A stretch of DNA of 63,624 nucleotides, filler included, from Chiloscyllium plagiosum (GCF_004010195.1; 4 parts of one record of this genome joined end to end with filler, not necessarily neighbours in it), one strand, 5' to 3'; counted from the whole stretch's first letter, positions 37,005-49,440 are shown. The notes: generated by a model from the sequence alone, not told the origin. Program-made: numbers and translations.

Positions 37005-38560
37005 CTTTGTAAAGAACCCGCCTCTGACATCCCCTCTATACTTTCCTCCAACCAGCTTAAAACTATGACCCCTCGTGTTAGCCATTTCTGCCCTGGGAAA
37101 TAGTCTCTGGCTATTGACATTATCTATGCCTCTCATTATCTTGTATACCTCAATTAGGTCTCCTCTCCTCCTCCTTTTCTCCAATGAAAAAAGTCCGAGC
37201 TCAGTCAACCTGTCTTCATAAGATAAGCCCTCCAGTCCAGGCAGGAACCTGGTAAACCTCCTCTGAACCCTCTCCAAAGCATCCAAATCTTTCCTATAAT
37301 AGGGCGACCAGAACTGGACGCAGTATTCCAAGTGCGGTCTAACCAAAGTTTTATAGAACTGCAACAAGATCTCACGGCTCTTAAACTCAATCCCCTGTTA
37401 ATGAAAGCCAAAACACCATATGCTTTCTTAACAACCCTGTCTAGTTAGGTGGCCATTTTAAGGGATCTATGTACCTGCACACCAAGATCCCTCTTTTCCT
37501 CCACACTGCCAAGAATCCTATCCTTAATTCTGTACTCAGCTTTCAAATTCAACCTTCCAAAATGCATCACCTCACATTTATCCAGGTTGAACTCCATCTG
37601 CCACCTCTCAGCCGGTCTCTGCATCCTGTCAGTGTCCCGCTGCAGCCTACAACAGCCCTCTATACTGTCAACGACATCTCTAATCTTTGTTTCGTCTGCA
37701 AACTTGCTGACCCATCCTTCAATCCCCTCATCCAAGTCATTAATAAAAATTACAAACAGTAGAGGTCCAAGGACAGAGCCCTGTGGAACACCACTCAACA
37801 TTGACTTCCAGGCAGAATATTTTCCTTCTACTACCACTCGCTTCTGTTGGCCAGCCAATTCTGTATCTAGACAGCTAAGTTCCCCTGTATCCCATTCCTC
37901 CTGACCTTCTGAATGAGCCTACCATGGGGAAGCTTATCAAATGCCTTGCTGAAGTCCATATACACCACATCCATAGCTCGACCCTCATCAACGTTTCTAG
38001 TCACCTCCTCAAAGAACTCGATAAGGTTTGTGAGGCATGACCTGCCCCTCATAAAGCCGTGTTGACTGCATTTAATCAAGCTATGCTCTTCCAGATGGTC
38101 ATAATTCCTATCCCTCAGAATCCTTTCTAACACCTTGCAGACGACAGATGTGAGACTTACTGGTCTGTAATTGCCGGGGATTTCCCTATTTCCTTTCTTG
38201 AAGAGAGGAATTACATTTGCCTCTATCCAGTCCTCAGGTACGACTTCAGTGGAGAGCGAGGATGCAAAGATCTTAGCAAGTGGTGAAGCAATTGCATTTC
38301 TCATTTCCCAAAGTAGCCGAGGACAAATCTGGTCCAGGCCTGGTAACTTGTCAATCTTAATGTTTGACAAAATTTTCAGCACATCAGCTTCCTCTATCTC
38401 TATCCATTTCAGCATGCACACCTGCTCTTCAAAGGTTTCATTCACTACAAAGTTTGTTTCTTTCGTAAAGACAGAAGCAAAAAACTCATTTAGGCCTTCC
38501 CCTACCTCCTCAGACTCCACACAAAATTCCCCATGCTATCCCTGATCGGCCCTACTCTTT
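37005..38560 (-). mobile_element. CR1 ORF2 RT fragment, tail-to-tail with the previous CR1
   Basis: NYRPVSLTSVV, MDFSKAFDK, GVPQGSVLGPLLF, FADETK, RPHLEYCVQFWSP. Confidence 0.93.
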
Positions 38561-39149
38561 AAAATAAGGAAATCTTAGGGTCTCGCTACCTCCTTAAAAT
38601 ATTTTTTAGGCAATTGGCCTGGTCCCACCCTTCCAGGCTGTGCATTCCATACCTGAAGTTCTCACTGTGTAAGAGTTACCTTCTCACCTTGCATTTGCTT
38701 CTTTCACAAATCAATTGAAATCAATGGAAATGGTGACTCAACTCACACCAGAAAATGACTTGATTAAACCTAGTCAAAGCAGCTGAAGTTCACCAATGGT
38801 GTTAGCCCCTAAACTGGATGGGTCAACTAATTTCTGCATCAATTATAGAAATATAAATGCATTCAAGAGATCAATGTGGAGTGATGACATTTGGATTTAA
38901 AATGTCCTAGCGACATCCTAAAGACTTACAAATCAAATTGTACCTAAAGTCCTTTGAGGGTTGTGACACCCGGAGGGGGACTCTGGTGGTGGTATGCTGC
39001 AGCTATCGAGATGGATAAGTTGGCCTGTCTTTAAGTTATCTTTTTTTATATTATTTTGTGAATGGTGCTTACATATAGGCAACAGTACATATTTTTCACT
39101 GTATTTTATATTGAATGCTCATGATAATAAATGATATTATGTCAATTAA

Positions 39150-39335
39150 GCAGTATGTCAATAGTCCGATGAGGGAAGGGGGCATATTGGACCTGGTGTT
39201 GGGGAGAATGAGCCAGACCAGGTGGTAGAAGTTGCAGTGGGGGATTTCTTTGGGAGCAGTGACCACAATTCTGTAAATTTTAGAATACTCGTAGATAAAG
39301 AAGAGAGTGGTCCTAAGGGAAGAGTACTAAACTGG
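39150..39335 (+). mobile_element. Inverted CR1 APE fragment
   Basis: REGGILDLVLG...GSSDHNSV...VLNW. Confidence 0.8.
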
Positions 39336-40022
39336 GTATTCCTGATACTCCTTGCGTTAAAGCAAACATACTTTAACTGATACCTTGGTTCCTTGCCAGG
39401 AAAATCCTTCCCACTAGCTGGTCTACCTCTTGCTATTGCCTCATCTGCATCAACTCTTACCTCCGGTATACAGCTCAGGTTCCCACCTCCCTGCCATACT
39501 AGTTTAAACCCTCTCGAACTACTCGAGCAAACCTTCCACCCAGGACATTGGTTGCAACATCTGACCTGTACAAGAAGGTCAGATGCAACCCGTCCTTCTT
39601 GTACAGGTCCCACCTTCCCCAGAAGGCATCCCAATTATCTACATATCTGAAGCCCTCCCTCCTACACCAGCTGCGCAGCCACGTATTAAGCTGCGCCCGC
39701 TCCCTGTTCCTCGCCTCGCTATCTTGTGGCACTGGTAGTAAACTAGAGAACACTACTCTGTTCGTCCTGCTTTGCAGCTTCCATTCTAACTCCCTGAAAT
39801 CACTTTTTATATCCTCAATCCTTTTTCTGGCTATATCATTAGTGCCAATATGTAACACGATTTCTGGCTGTTCACCCTCCCCTTTTAGAACCTTATACAC
39901 CCGATTGGAGACGTCCCGGACCTTGGCACCAGGGAGGCAACATACATTCGGGAATCCCAATCCTGACCACAAAATCTCCTGTCGATTCCCCTAACTATCG
40001 AGTCCCCTACCACGAGTACTTT
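39336..40022 (-). mobile_element. CR1 ORF1 (SGNH esterase) and ORF2 start
   Basis: VGDSIVRG, CCLPGAKVRDV, HIGTND, DGLHL, then CFNARSIRN. Confidence 0.9.
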
Positions 40023-40820
40023 ACCACGCAGTTCTTCACACACTTACTAATGAAATCCGTGACGATAGTGGTGCACTTGTTCAGGTTTTCCCTGACTGTT
40101 TGAATATGATCCAGTTCAACAATTCCAAGCAGTCCAGGAGATGCTTTTCTGCTGCCTTGGACCAACACTGCATTTCTTTCTGTGAAAAATCCTTCTGTTT
40201 CAGCTTCTGTTTGCAAGCTGGGAAGAGGAACACTGTGTTATGATCTGATTTTTCTGAAATGTGGACGGGGGAGTGGAATGGTAGGCATTTTTGATGGTTG
40301 CACAGCAGTGGTGCAGGATGTTCAGTACTCAAGTGGAAGAGGAGGTGTGTTGGTGGTATTTTGGCAACACCCTCTTGAGGCTAGTCTGGTTGAAGCTGCT
40401 GGCCAAAATGAATAAGGCTGCGGGCAATTTTGTCTCCAGAGTTTCTGTGGTGGTGTAAATTTCATCCAGGGAATTCTTCACATACGCATGTTGTGAAATG
40501 TAGACTGCTGTCAGGATGGCGGAGGTGAACTTGCACGGCAGACAGTAGGGACTGCATTTCACTGCAAGGTATTCTAGGTCCGCGGAGCAGTGGTTCGCCA
40601 GGGTCACCACATCTGAGCACCAGGCGATGTTGGTTAGGAAGCATATCTCTCCACCCTTTCCCTTACCCAAAGATGCTGTGCAGTCCATGCAATGTATGGA
40701 GAACCCCTCAGCTTGCAAGGCACAGTGAGGTATGGTAGGAGTGAGCCAAGTCTCAATAAACCAAAACACACAACAATCTCTCAGTTCCTTTTGGAAGGTA
40801 AATCTAGATCTGGGTTCATC
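40023..40820 (-). mobile_element. Rex1/Babar-like LINE APE fragment
   Basis: FIETWLTP, GKGKGGEICF, DLEYLAVKC.PY.LP.KFTSAILTAVY, KSDHNTVFL. Confidence 0.8.
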
Positions 40821-41757
40821 CAGATATGGGCAAGTGCAGGCAGGTGGGGCTAGTTTATTTTGTGGCTAAGGTCGGCATGGACTGGTTGGGCCGAAGGGTC
40901 TGTTTCCATGCTGTATGAATCAGTGACTTCATGACCTCCATTCTAAGATTGGCTCTTTTTTTTGAAAACTTGATTTAGCTGCTTATTTCCATTGTTTCCT
41001 ATAACGTTTTTACATTGTAGAGTTTATTTTTGCCAACAGTTGTGAAGATGGTGACATTCTAACCATGTTCCATGGGGTTTATGCAGGAGTGCTTGTGCCT
41101 CAGGTATTTACCATTCATTTCAAATGGTCTGTGGGATCTTGTTTCTCCACCCAGGCACACCTATTTGGCCAAGTCTGAAAATATCTGCTTTTCTCATGAG
41201 AGATGCAATGAGGAAACCAAGCTGCTTAACTTGTACACAAAGCAAATTCTATGAAGCCTTGTTCATTACTCCAAAGATCACCATATAACTGTAACTAAGC
41301 TCTGTCAAACCGGCATTAGTGGCATTTGGCACAATAGTTTGACTACTGTCCATTGATGCAGACACTTAGTGTGACAGAAACCTGTATCTGTCAGAAGAAT
41401 TCATCAGTCACATCTTTTCCTGCAGACAGGAAGCAATAGCAGCAGGTTACAATATTTTGCCACGTAACCGTAAGGATCCCAACATGAGTCTACTTAATTT
41501 GGGGTTCCTATCCTGGCTGCTATATCTGGAAGCTCAGGTACCCTTGGGTTAAAGTTCCCATTCCAGTGTATGTACATGAACCATCGATCCATGTGATGCA
41601 TTCTGAATAATCTATAACAATTAGTCTAGTTGGGGTCAGCATGAGACGATACTGCATTTATTTGAAAATAATAATTTTCCAGCATGGCAACTGCTGTACA
41701 GGACCCCCATTTGCAGACAGCTGTGACTAATTAACCAATGCTTCGAAACCAGGGTGA

Positions 41758-41934
41758 ACAAGCAGGATGCTGGAAGAACACAGCAGTCAGGCAGCTTCAG
41801 GAGGTAGAGAATTCAATGTTTTGGGTGTAACCCTTCTTCAGGACTCGCTGGCTTCCTGTGTTCTTCCAGCCACCTGCTTTTCTACCTTGGATTCCAACAT
41901 CCATAGTACTTTTTTGTCTCTAAATATGTTTGCG
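41758..41934. mobile_element. Fold-back solo PLE pseudo-LTR
   Basis: GCTGGAAGAACACAG / CTGTGTTCTTCCAGC arms; direct repeat ACCAGGGTGA (41748-41757, 41935-41944). Confidence 0.7.
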
Positions 41935-41944
41935 ACCAGGGTGA

Positions 41945-42290
41945 GGGTCAATAGGAAAGGGAGAGACGGAAACTGGAAAATAAGGACTGAAGAGAGAACT
42001 GTTGATAAAAGTATTCAGGGAAAGACAAAGACTGGGAATAAGAGCTCAGTGGAGATTAAGAATGGGGAATCGGGGGGAGGTGAAGATTGAAAATGGAGAT
42101 TTGGTGGAAAGTTTGAAATTGAGAATGGGAAGTCAGAGGAGAGGTGAGGTTATGAATGGGTAGTCAGGGAAGAGATGGAGTTGAGTTTGGAGATTTGGGG
42201 TGAAGTTAGTGGTTCTGAATGGAGAGTCAGGTGAGAGGTGGAGATTGGAAATGGAATTGAGAATATGAGGTTAGGGAAAGTGGTCTTGAG
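41945..42290 (+). repeat. Degenerate purine-rich minisatellite (~30-bp unit)
   Basis: Recurrent GAGATTGAGAATGGGGAGTCAGGGAGAGGTG-like units. Confidence 0.6.
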
Positions 42291-42345
42291 CATGGGTAAG
42301 ATGGCAGTAAGATATTGGTAGAGTAGGCCTCTGAGCCTGGGGCTT

Positions 42346-42430
42346 CACCTGACCAAGGAGCAGTGTTCCGAAAGCTATGATTTCAAATAAACCTGTTGGA
42401 TTATAACCTGGTGTTGTGAAACATCTGACT
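42346..42430 (+). mobile_element. Solo pLTR of the second PLE family, decayed hammerhead
   Basis: CACCTGACCAAGGAGCAGTGTTCCGAAAGCTA...CCTGTTGGATTATAACCTGGTG. Confidence 0.7.
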
Positions 42431-42729
42431 CAGTGAAGGCAAGTTATAGTCATATATTTTAAGGTACACACTTCATTCAATGAAATGAATCTTCAGTTTT
42501 TAAATTGAAGAATGTGCTCCTGTAAAAATGACCACTAACCGTTTCTCTGGTTTGTGCATTCAAAAAAAAAGTGTGTTAAACTGATTGGCTGGCAGCTACA
42601 TCAGTGCCAGTAGTTATAGATCTCCATGGTGTGTTCAGTCAGGTTTGAAGACAGAACCATGGAGATCTAATAGATTTGAGTCTGAGGTGAGTTAGGCAGC
42701 TTTGAGTAGAGAGGGTTTTGACACCTTAC

Positions 42730-42769
42730 CAACAGGAATGAAGGGGTTTAGATGTATTTTAAAGTAAGT
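42730..42769 (-). CDS. Candidate exon (TYFKIHLNPFIPV)
   Basis: Acceptor cccccttttgctatccag, donor TTG|gtaagg; phase 0 to 1. Confidence 0.4.
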
Positions 42770-43109
42770 CTGGATAGCAAAAGGGGGTACTATCTTCTTG
42801 GTGAGGGGTATTGTCCTTTATCCATCAGCTGGGGCCTTGTAATATCTAACTCCTTGATCCACCCATAGATTGTGTGATGTCAGCAGTCAATGGAACATAT
42901 GTAAACAATTCCACGACAACACAACAACAAATAAATTTGGAAAAATTTGGAAAAAACATAAGAAGACAGTCATGTTTATTTCTTTTTAATTTTTTAAATG
43001 CTTTCTGCACAAAGAGAAGGGTGACAGAAATGACAATAAGCTGTGCCTGGAGAACTGGAGGCTGTAATATTGTAATGACCTTCTGGTCCAAAGATGATAA
43101 GCAACTCAC

Positions 43110-43147
43110 TTCATCCTCTTCAGAAAACCTATCCCTTTGAGAGAATC
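43110..43147 (-). CDS. Candidate exon (GFSQRDRFSEEDE)
   Basis: Acceptor tattttcag, donor GAA|gtgagt; phase 1 to 0. Confidence 0.4.
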
Positions 43148-43266
43148 CTGAAAATATATTCAGCCATTGAATTCAACTGAAGTACACTTCAGGAATGAAG
43201 ATAGCTGCCCTTCAGGCCTTCAACTCATATTTTATTTGAGAATAAGACAGTCACCAGAATTATAAA

Positions 43267-43487
43267 GGAAGAGAAAGTGAGGACCACAGGTACTGATGAT
43301 CAAAGTTAAAAAGTGTGGTGCTAGAAAAGCACAGCCGATCAGGCAGCATCCGAGGAGCAGGAGAGTTGACATTTCGAGCATAAGCTCTTTATCAGGTCTT
43401 GATGAAGGGCTTATGCCCGAAACATAGCATCTCCTGCTCCTCGGAAGTTGCCTGACTGGCTGTGCTTTGCCAGCACCACACTTTTTG
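43267..43487. mobile_element. Fold-back solo PLE unit with two back-to-back hammerhead relics
   Basis: 14-bp TSD ACCAGAATTATAAA (43253-43266, 43488-43501). Confidence 0.88.
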
Positions 43488-44003
43488 ACCAGAATTATAA
43501 AACTGACCTTTTAGGTAAATGCTTGTAAATTCCTCTCTTCCTTTTACTCTGACTGGGTAAGTGTGCTTATGTGAGTGGGTGTTATCACATGAGAGTTTGA
43601 GGTCAGTGCTTAAATAAGCATTTCACTTGTTGAAACCCATGCAAAGCTACTGTTGATTAATTAACTGTCTGCATGGAGCCACAGGTTAAAGAACCATACA
43701 CACATTTTCATCTCAAAAATTATTGACACTGCTGGAAAGGGAAAAAGGATTTCAGCAGTTCCTTCTCACCCTGTCTGTAACAATGTGGTCGTCTATGTAG
43801 TACACCAGTTATTACCGATTACACAATGATAAAATATCTTATTCACTCTGATGTTCCCTCCCGCATCTAGTCTTACAAACCAACTTCCCTCAAATGATAT
43901 GAGTCAAAATCCCACCATTGATCAGTGTGATATGTTGAATGCATAATTTGTTCATGTGTTTCAGGTTTTTGATGAAAATTGATTAACTAACCTGAAAAAA
44001 TAG

Positions 44004-44178
44004 GAGAAAGTGAGGACTGCAGATACTGGAGATCAGAGTTAAAAAGCGTGGTGCTCGAAAAGCACAGCAGATCAGGCAGCATCTGAGGAGCAGGAGAATC
44101 AACATTTAGGCATAAGCCCTCCATTGGGATGCTGCCTGATCTGCTGTGCTTTTCCAGCTGCACACTTTTTGACTTTAT
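44004..44178. mobile_element. Fold-back solo PLE unit
   Basis: 12-bp TSD CTGAAAAAATAG (43992-44003, 44179-44190). Confidence 0.88.
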
Positions 44179-44911
44179 CTGAAAAAATAGTTAAGCATAA
44201 AAACTCCTTCAGCTTGTCCCCATCAGAAGATAGGATGTTTTTGACTGACCTTAACTTGACTGTCATTGTTTTATTAGTTCAGTCATGAATTAAATATCAA
44301 ACTTTAAAGAAGTGTATTTGCCTCTGCTGTTAAACAATTTTTTTAAAAGCGGCAGTAAATATTTATTCTCAACCATTTTTAATCTCAGTAAAAAATGAGG
44401 AAGAAAAGCATTCATGTGATATCAGACAGTACAATTACTAAATTAAGAGATTTATTTATACATTTATACATAAAATCAGTGAAAACAATTGTTCCAAAAT
44501 GGTTCATCATCCAGTTTGGTGGATTCCTGTTGTATTTCAAACATGATTCAGCAATTATTCTGATGGATCTAATTCGATGAGGGCTGAGATTTCCAAAGGA
44601 GATTTTATGGTCCTATTTCGGGGTGGAATCAGTCCACCCCGAAATAAGATTAATGATGAGAAGACAGCTTAGCCAGTTTGGAGCTGTTCCCTCAACTGGG
44701 CATCAAAAGAAGCATAGTACATCTAGCGTCATCACAGTCATCAATAGACAGAACAAGTGGAAGTTAGCACCTAGAAGTCAAGGCCATAAACATGGCCAGA
44801 TGTTTGAAGATCCTCTCTTTAGTAGACATGCTCCTCTGACACAATCAATGGTAACAATTAATAATAATAGATGCTGTCCTAGTGTGATTGCTGAATGCTA
44901 TTCCTGTATAC

Positions 44912-45095
44912 CTTTGACTAATGATGGCTTTTTTAATGATTTTTGTGCACAGATATCACTACAGTACTCAAAAGGCTGCTGCAACAAATTGTCATTCATC
45001 TCTTTCTTCTTCAGCTGTTTCTGTGTCATCGACTCTTCACTTTTGCTCTTGGATGTCCATTCAGCTGATGACATCGTGTACAATTGGGCAAGAAG
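44912..45095 (-). CDS. Candidate exon (LLAQLYTMSSAEW...KKPSLVK)
   Basis: Open 61 codons, donor AAG|gtatac; in-frame acceptor weak, and the stronger acceptor at 45162 leads to a stop. Confidence 0.3.
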
Positions 45096-45194
45096 CTAGT
45101 TGAGCTTTTGCTTCAGATATAAAGTAGTCTCTCATTAATGCCGCCATTGCATTCAGAATAATCTGAAAATACCATGAAGTATTACACATTTACA

Positions 45195-45840
45195 AAGGTG
45201 AATAAAGGGAACTATGGAGCTATGAGGGAGGAGCTGGCCAAAGTTCAATGGTGCAAAACTTAGCAGGGATGACCGTGGAGGAACAATGGCGGATATGTCT
45301 GTGTATAATGCAGAAGTTGCAGGATCAGTTCATTCCAAAAAGGAAGAAAGATCCCAGGAGGAGGCATGGGCGGCCGTGGCTGACGAGGGAAGTTAAGAAA
45401 CATATAAAGTTAAAAGAGAAAAAGTATAACATAGCTAAGATAAGTGGGAAAACTGAGGACTGGGAAGCTTTTAAAGAGCAACAGAGGATTACTAAGTAGG
45501 AAATACGCAGAGGAAAAATGAGGTACGAAGGTAAACTGGCCAAGAATATTAAGGAGGATAGTAAAAGCTCTTTTAGGTATGTGGAAGGCAAAAAAATGGT
45601 TAGGACAAAAATTGGGCCCTTGAAGACAGAAACAGAGGAATATATTACTAGGAACAAAGAAATGACAGAAGAATTAAATGGGTACTTCAGATCTGTGTTC
45701 ACTGGGGAAGACACAAGCAATCTCCCTGAGGTAACAGTGGCTGAAGGACCTGAACTTAAGGGAATTTATATTTGCCAGGAATTGGTGTTGGAGAGACTGT
45801 TAGGTCTGAAGGTTGACAAGTCTCCGGGGCCTGATGGTCT
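45195..45840 (+). mobile_element. CR1 ORF2 fragment running into a gap
   Basis: PWLTREVKK, YFRSVFT, DKSPGPDG. Confidence 0.9.
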
Positions 45841-45940
45841 NNNNNNNNNNNNNNNNNNNNNNNNNNNNNNNNNNNNNNNNNNNNTTAATTAATTAANNNN
45901 NNNNNNNNNNNNNNNNNNNNNNNNNNNNNNNNNNNNNNNN
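45841..45940. other. Assembly gap with TTAATTAATTAA linker
   Basis: 44 N + 12-mer + 44 N. Confidence 0.97.
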
Positions 45941-46353
45941 AAACGTCGATTCTCCTGTTCCCTGGATGCTGCCTGACCTGCTGCGCTTTTCCAGCAACAC
46001 ATTTCCAGCTCATACTCATGAAGGAATGCAATAACCGTTATTCAATGCTGGAAAATGTTACTTGCCAGATAACAATTGACAGCCTGACTAGGTTCAGTTG
46101 TGATGCCAGTTCTAGTTAAATACTCTGCTAGCACACGTATTTAGAATTACACATTAAAATTAAGCACATTGTTAAAGTATCACAAGATTGCTGAAACAAT
46201 GGAGCCTTTTATAAGGGTACAGTCTGATGATAATGAGTGCAAACCTACTGGTTTATCAAATTTGCATTCAGCTGCAAATAATTTTCACTATCTGTCATGG
46301 TGTGATTCTAACCCATGTCTGCATCACATTAGCCTTGAACTCTGGATTACTAG

Positions 46354-46496
46354 CTGTAAACGTGTTGCTGGAAAGAAGGGTTTATGCCCGAAACGTCGAT
46401 TCTCCTGTTCCTTGGATGCTGCCTGACCTGCTGCGCTTTTCCAGCAACACATTTCCAGCTCTGATCTCCAGCATCTGCAGACCTCACTTTCTCCAT
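46354..46496 (+). mobile_element. Solo PLE pseudo-LTR inserted in a tRNA-headed SINE remnant
   Basis: 13-bp TSD TCTGGATTACTAG (46341-46353, 46497-46509). Confidence 0.88.
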
Positions 46497-47564
46497 TCTG
46501 GATTACTAGTCTAGTGACAATACCATCACACCACTGCCTACACTTGGTTATGTAAATGCAAGCAGTTTGTTTCACTGTGCAGCAAACCATTCCAAAAGCT
46601 ACCCACATTCAAATCTTGGGTTAAATTATCAGTGAATTATGCAGCTCTGAGCTGTGTTGACCACTTCCTATAATTTGTCACAGAGTAGCTACAGAGACAG
46701 AAGATAACTAAGTAACTTGTATTTTTGCAGCTGATGCGAAGATAATTTTTCCTGAGAGGTAACAACTGAACTATTGTCCACATGACTGAGCAGAAAGTAT
46801 TGCCTATAGGCTTGTCTTTTAATTTAATTTATTTGGGATTGAACTCAATTAGATATGTTATCAATTTGCTACAATTATGAAAATGAATCCTAATTTTATT
46901 CAGACTAAAAACACACGATTATAAACTAAGACAGTATTGGCCTAATCTTACACTGGTGTCAAATAGGCATCAATAGCACTCTTTTGGCTGCTATTTTACC
47001 TGAAATTTAAATTCCTGACAATAAATGTCTTCATTAAAACAAGTTGTAAACAAATTCTACAAAAGCATTTAAATGTTAATAATAATAATAACAGTAATAT
47101 CTGACCTATGATTCTGGTATGTAGAAAACTATTTTTAAAATACATTAGAAGGCGAATTTTTCAGGTGTTTCCAATAAGAAACCACTCATAGGGGACATTA
47201 CATGGGAAATCTGAACTTCAGTCATTTTTTTTTGTGAAATAAGTTTTTACAACATCAATATTTCAAGCTCACTACAGTCACCTATGCTAGAATGTTGCTG
47301 ACTATAACAACTGTCTTACATCCCACATTGATATGACTGATTTTGCCAAATTCCAAATTTTGATCATTTTTTCAACATTTTCTCACGTGATGTTAATTGT
47401 GAAAAGGATCTCAAATTACCATCTAAAAATGACATATCTCATTATCTAGGCAAGGCAGAATTTGAACATTGCGTTATTGCATCCATACTTAATACTTCGT
47501 TGCATTAAGATGGAACTGTGCAATGTGACATACTTCTCATTATTTATACTTTAATAATACTTGA

Positions 47565-47908
47565 TTTGATTAGATTTATTGTAGACACATGTAGTTAAGT
47601 GCAGTGAAAAGCTTTGTATTGCCAGCAGTACAGGCAGCTCATAGCAAACAAGGAATTACAAATCATAGTGTGTTTAGACAGAACAAGGCATGCGAGGTTA
47701 CAGCTGCACAGGAGGTGTGCAAAACAAGATCAACATTAGCAAGATCAATATTATTTGAAGTTTAAGAGGTCCATTCAGCATTTAATAATAGCAGGAAGAA
47801 ACTGTTCTTGAACCTGTGTGTGCATGTGTTCAAGCTTCTGTATTTTCTGCCTGAGGGAAGAGGTTGGAAGAGAGTATTACCTGGCTGGGAGGTGTCTTTG
47901 ATGATGTC
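47565..47908 (-). mobile_element. Rex1-like LINE 3' tail
   Basis: Minus strand LPSGRKYRSL...RFKNSFFL, then AAAGCTTTTCACTG...AATAAATC tail. Confidence 0.65.
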
Positions 47909-47929
47909 AATATTTGGCATAAGAATCAC

Positions 47930-48068
47930 CTGCGTGTTTCTGACCTTTAAAGGGGTACAAGGTTTGTTCCAATAAGTTGGACCTGTTGTTGCAACAAGGG
48001 TATTTTTATTGACAACAGTAGTTGATTTTGAGGGGATGCTGGATCCCGATTGTGCACCTGATGATATC
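47930..48068 (-). CDS. Candidate exon (ISSGAQSGSS...PLKVRNTQ)
   Basis: Acceptor tttcactaag, donor CAG|gtgatt; phase 2 to 0, open 46 codons. Confidence 0.33.
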
Positions 48069-48484
48069 CTTAGTGAAATATTTAATATAATCTCTGATGG
48101 AATTTAATCCGCTATGGACATCCAAAAAAGTAACACTGCTCTCCAGAATGTAAACAAAATTAGGCACAAAAAAGTAGTACTGTAATATAGTATTCAAAAT
48201 ATATTGATTATTAAATGTTGAGGACAGTTGTTACCTTTTATACTTAATGATAATTGTGCGTTGAATATCATTTTTCTGTACATTCTACTTCCTCATTCAA
48301 TTCACGTAGTGAAACAAGCAGCAGCAACTGCAGTATTGTGATTTATGGAAGCTAGGATCTTCTGTCTAATTTATTCAAATATATAGAGATGAAAGCCTAT
48401 AACTTAACAATGATATTCAGAATCAGAAAGAGACTATTAATTTGCCATATATTGTAGAGAAATTCAGTAAATTGGGACATTCCA

Positions 48485-48990
48485 AAGGATGTTGTCATTT
48501 TGAAAGGGTTCAGAAAAGATTCACAAGAATGTTGCCAGGATTGGAAGATTTGAGCTACAGAGGGAGGCTGAATAGACTGGGGCTTTTTATCCCTGGAGCA
48601 TTGGAGGCTGAGGAGTGATCTTATAGAGGTTTATACAATCATGAGGAGCCTAGATAGGCTGATTAGCCAAGGTCTTCTTACCAGGTTAGGGGAGTCCAAA
48701 ACTAGGGGGCATAGGTTTAAGGTGAGAGGGAAGAGAGGGACCGAAGGGGCAAACTTTTCACGCAGGGGTGGTGTGTGTATGGAATGAGCTGCCAGAGGAG
48801 ATGACGGAAACTGGTACAATTACAACATTTACAAGGGAACTGGATGGGTACATGAATAGGAATGGTTTAGAGATATATGAGGCAAATGTTGGTAAATGAA
48901 AACAGATCAGTTTAGGATATCTCGTTGGCACAGACTAGTTGGACTGAAGGGACTGTTTTTCTGCTGTACAACTCTATGAGTCTATATCTG
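48485..48990 (+). mobile_element. CR1 3' fragment
   Basis: Similar to 255-760. Confidence 0.88.
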
Positions 48991-49213
48991 TATGACATTT
49001 ACTAGCCAATGAAATACTTTTGAAGTGTTACCTTGTTGTAATCTAGCAAAATTCTAATGAGTGAGTAAGAGACTGTATTTGTCTAAAAAAGTCATTAACC
49101 TTGATTTCAAAGACGAAAAACTTCATAACATTGCAGTTTAATTACATTTTCTCAATGTCATGTAATATACTTTCTGAACAAGAAAGCTAAATACTGGGCT
49201 GAATACTGCCAGC

Positions 49214-49440
49214 GACTAGGAGTGAGGACTGCAGATGCTGGAGATCAGAGTCGAAAAGTGTGGCACTGGAAAAGCACAGGTCAGGCAGCATCCGAAGAGC
49301 AGGAGAATCGACGTTTTGGGCATAAGTCCTTCATCAAGAACAGTGCCTCTCAAGGGGCAATGCTCAATGAAATGTCAACTCTCCTGCTCCTCTGATGCTG
49401 CCTGACTTGCTGTGCTTTTCCAACACTACACTTTCCAACT
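49214..49440. mobile_element. Fold-back solo PLE unit
   Basis: TSD CTGAATACT(G/C)CCAGC (49199-49213, 49441-49455). Confidence 0.82.

Noticed and set aside
41560..41611. TWIDGSC as an RNase H-like motif
   Set aside because: No downstream RNase H catalytic motifs; frame stops soon after
44623..45099. 158-aa plus-strand ORF in unique DNA
   Set aside because: GTG start, no recognisable domain or splice support, overlaps a minus-strand candidate exon
46227..46514. Recurrent peptides PWMLPDLLRFSS / LLGCCLTCCA
   Set aside because: Translations of the non-coding PLE pseudo-LTR
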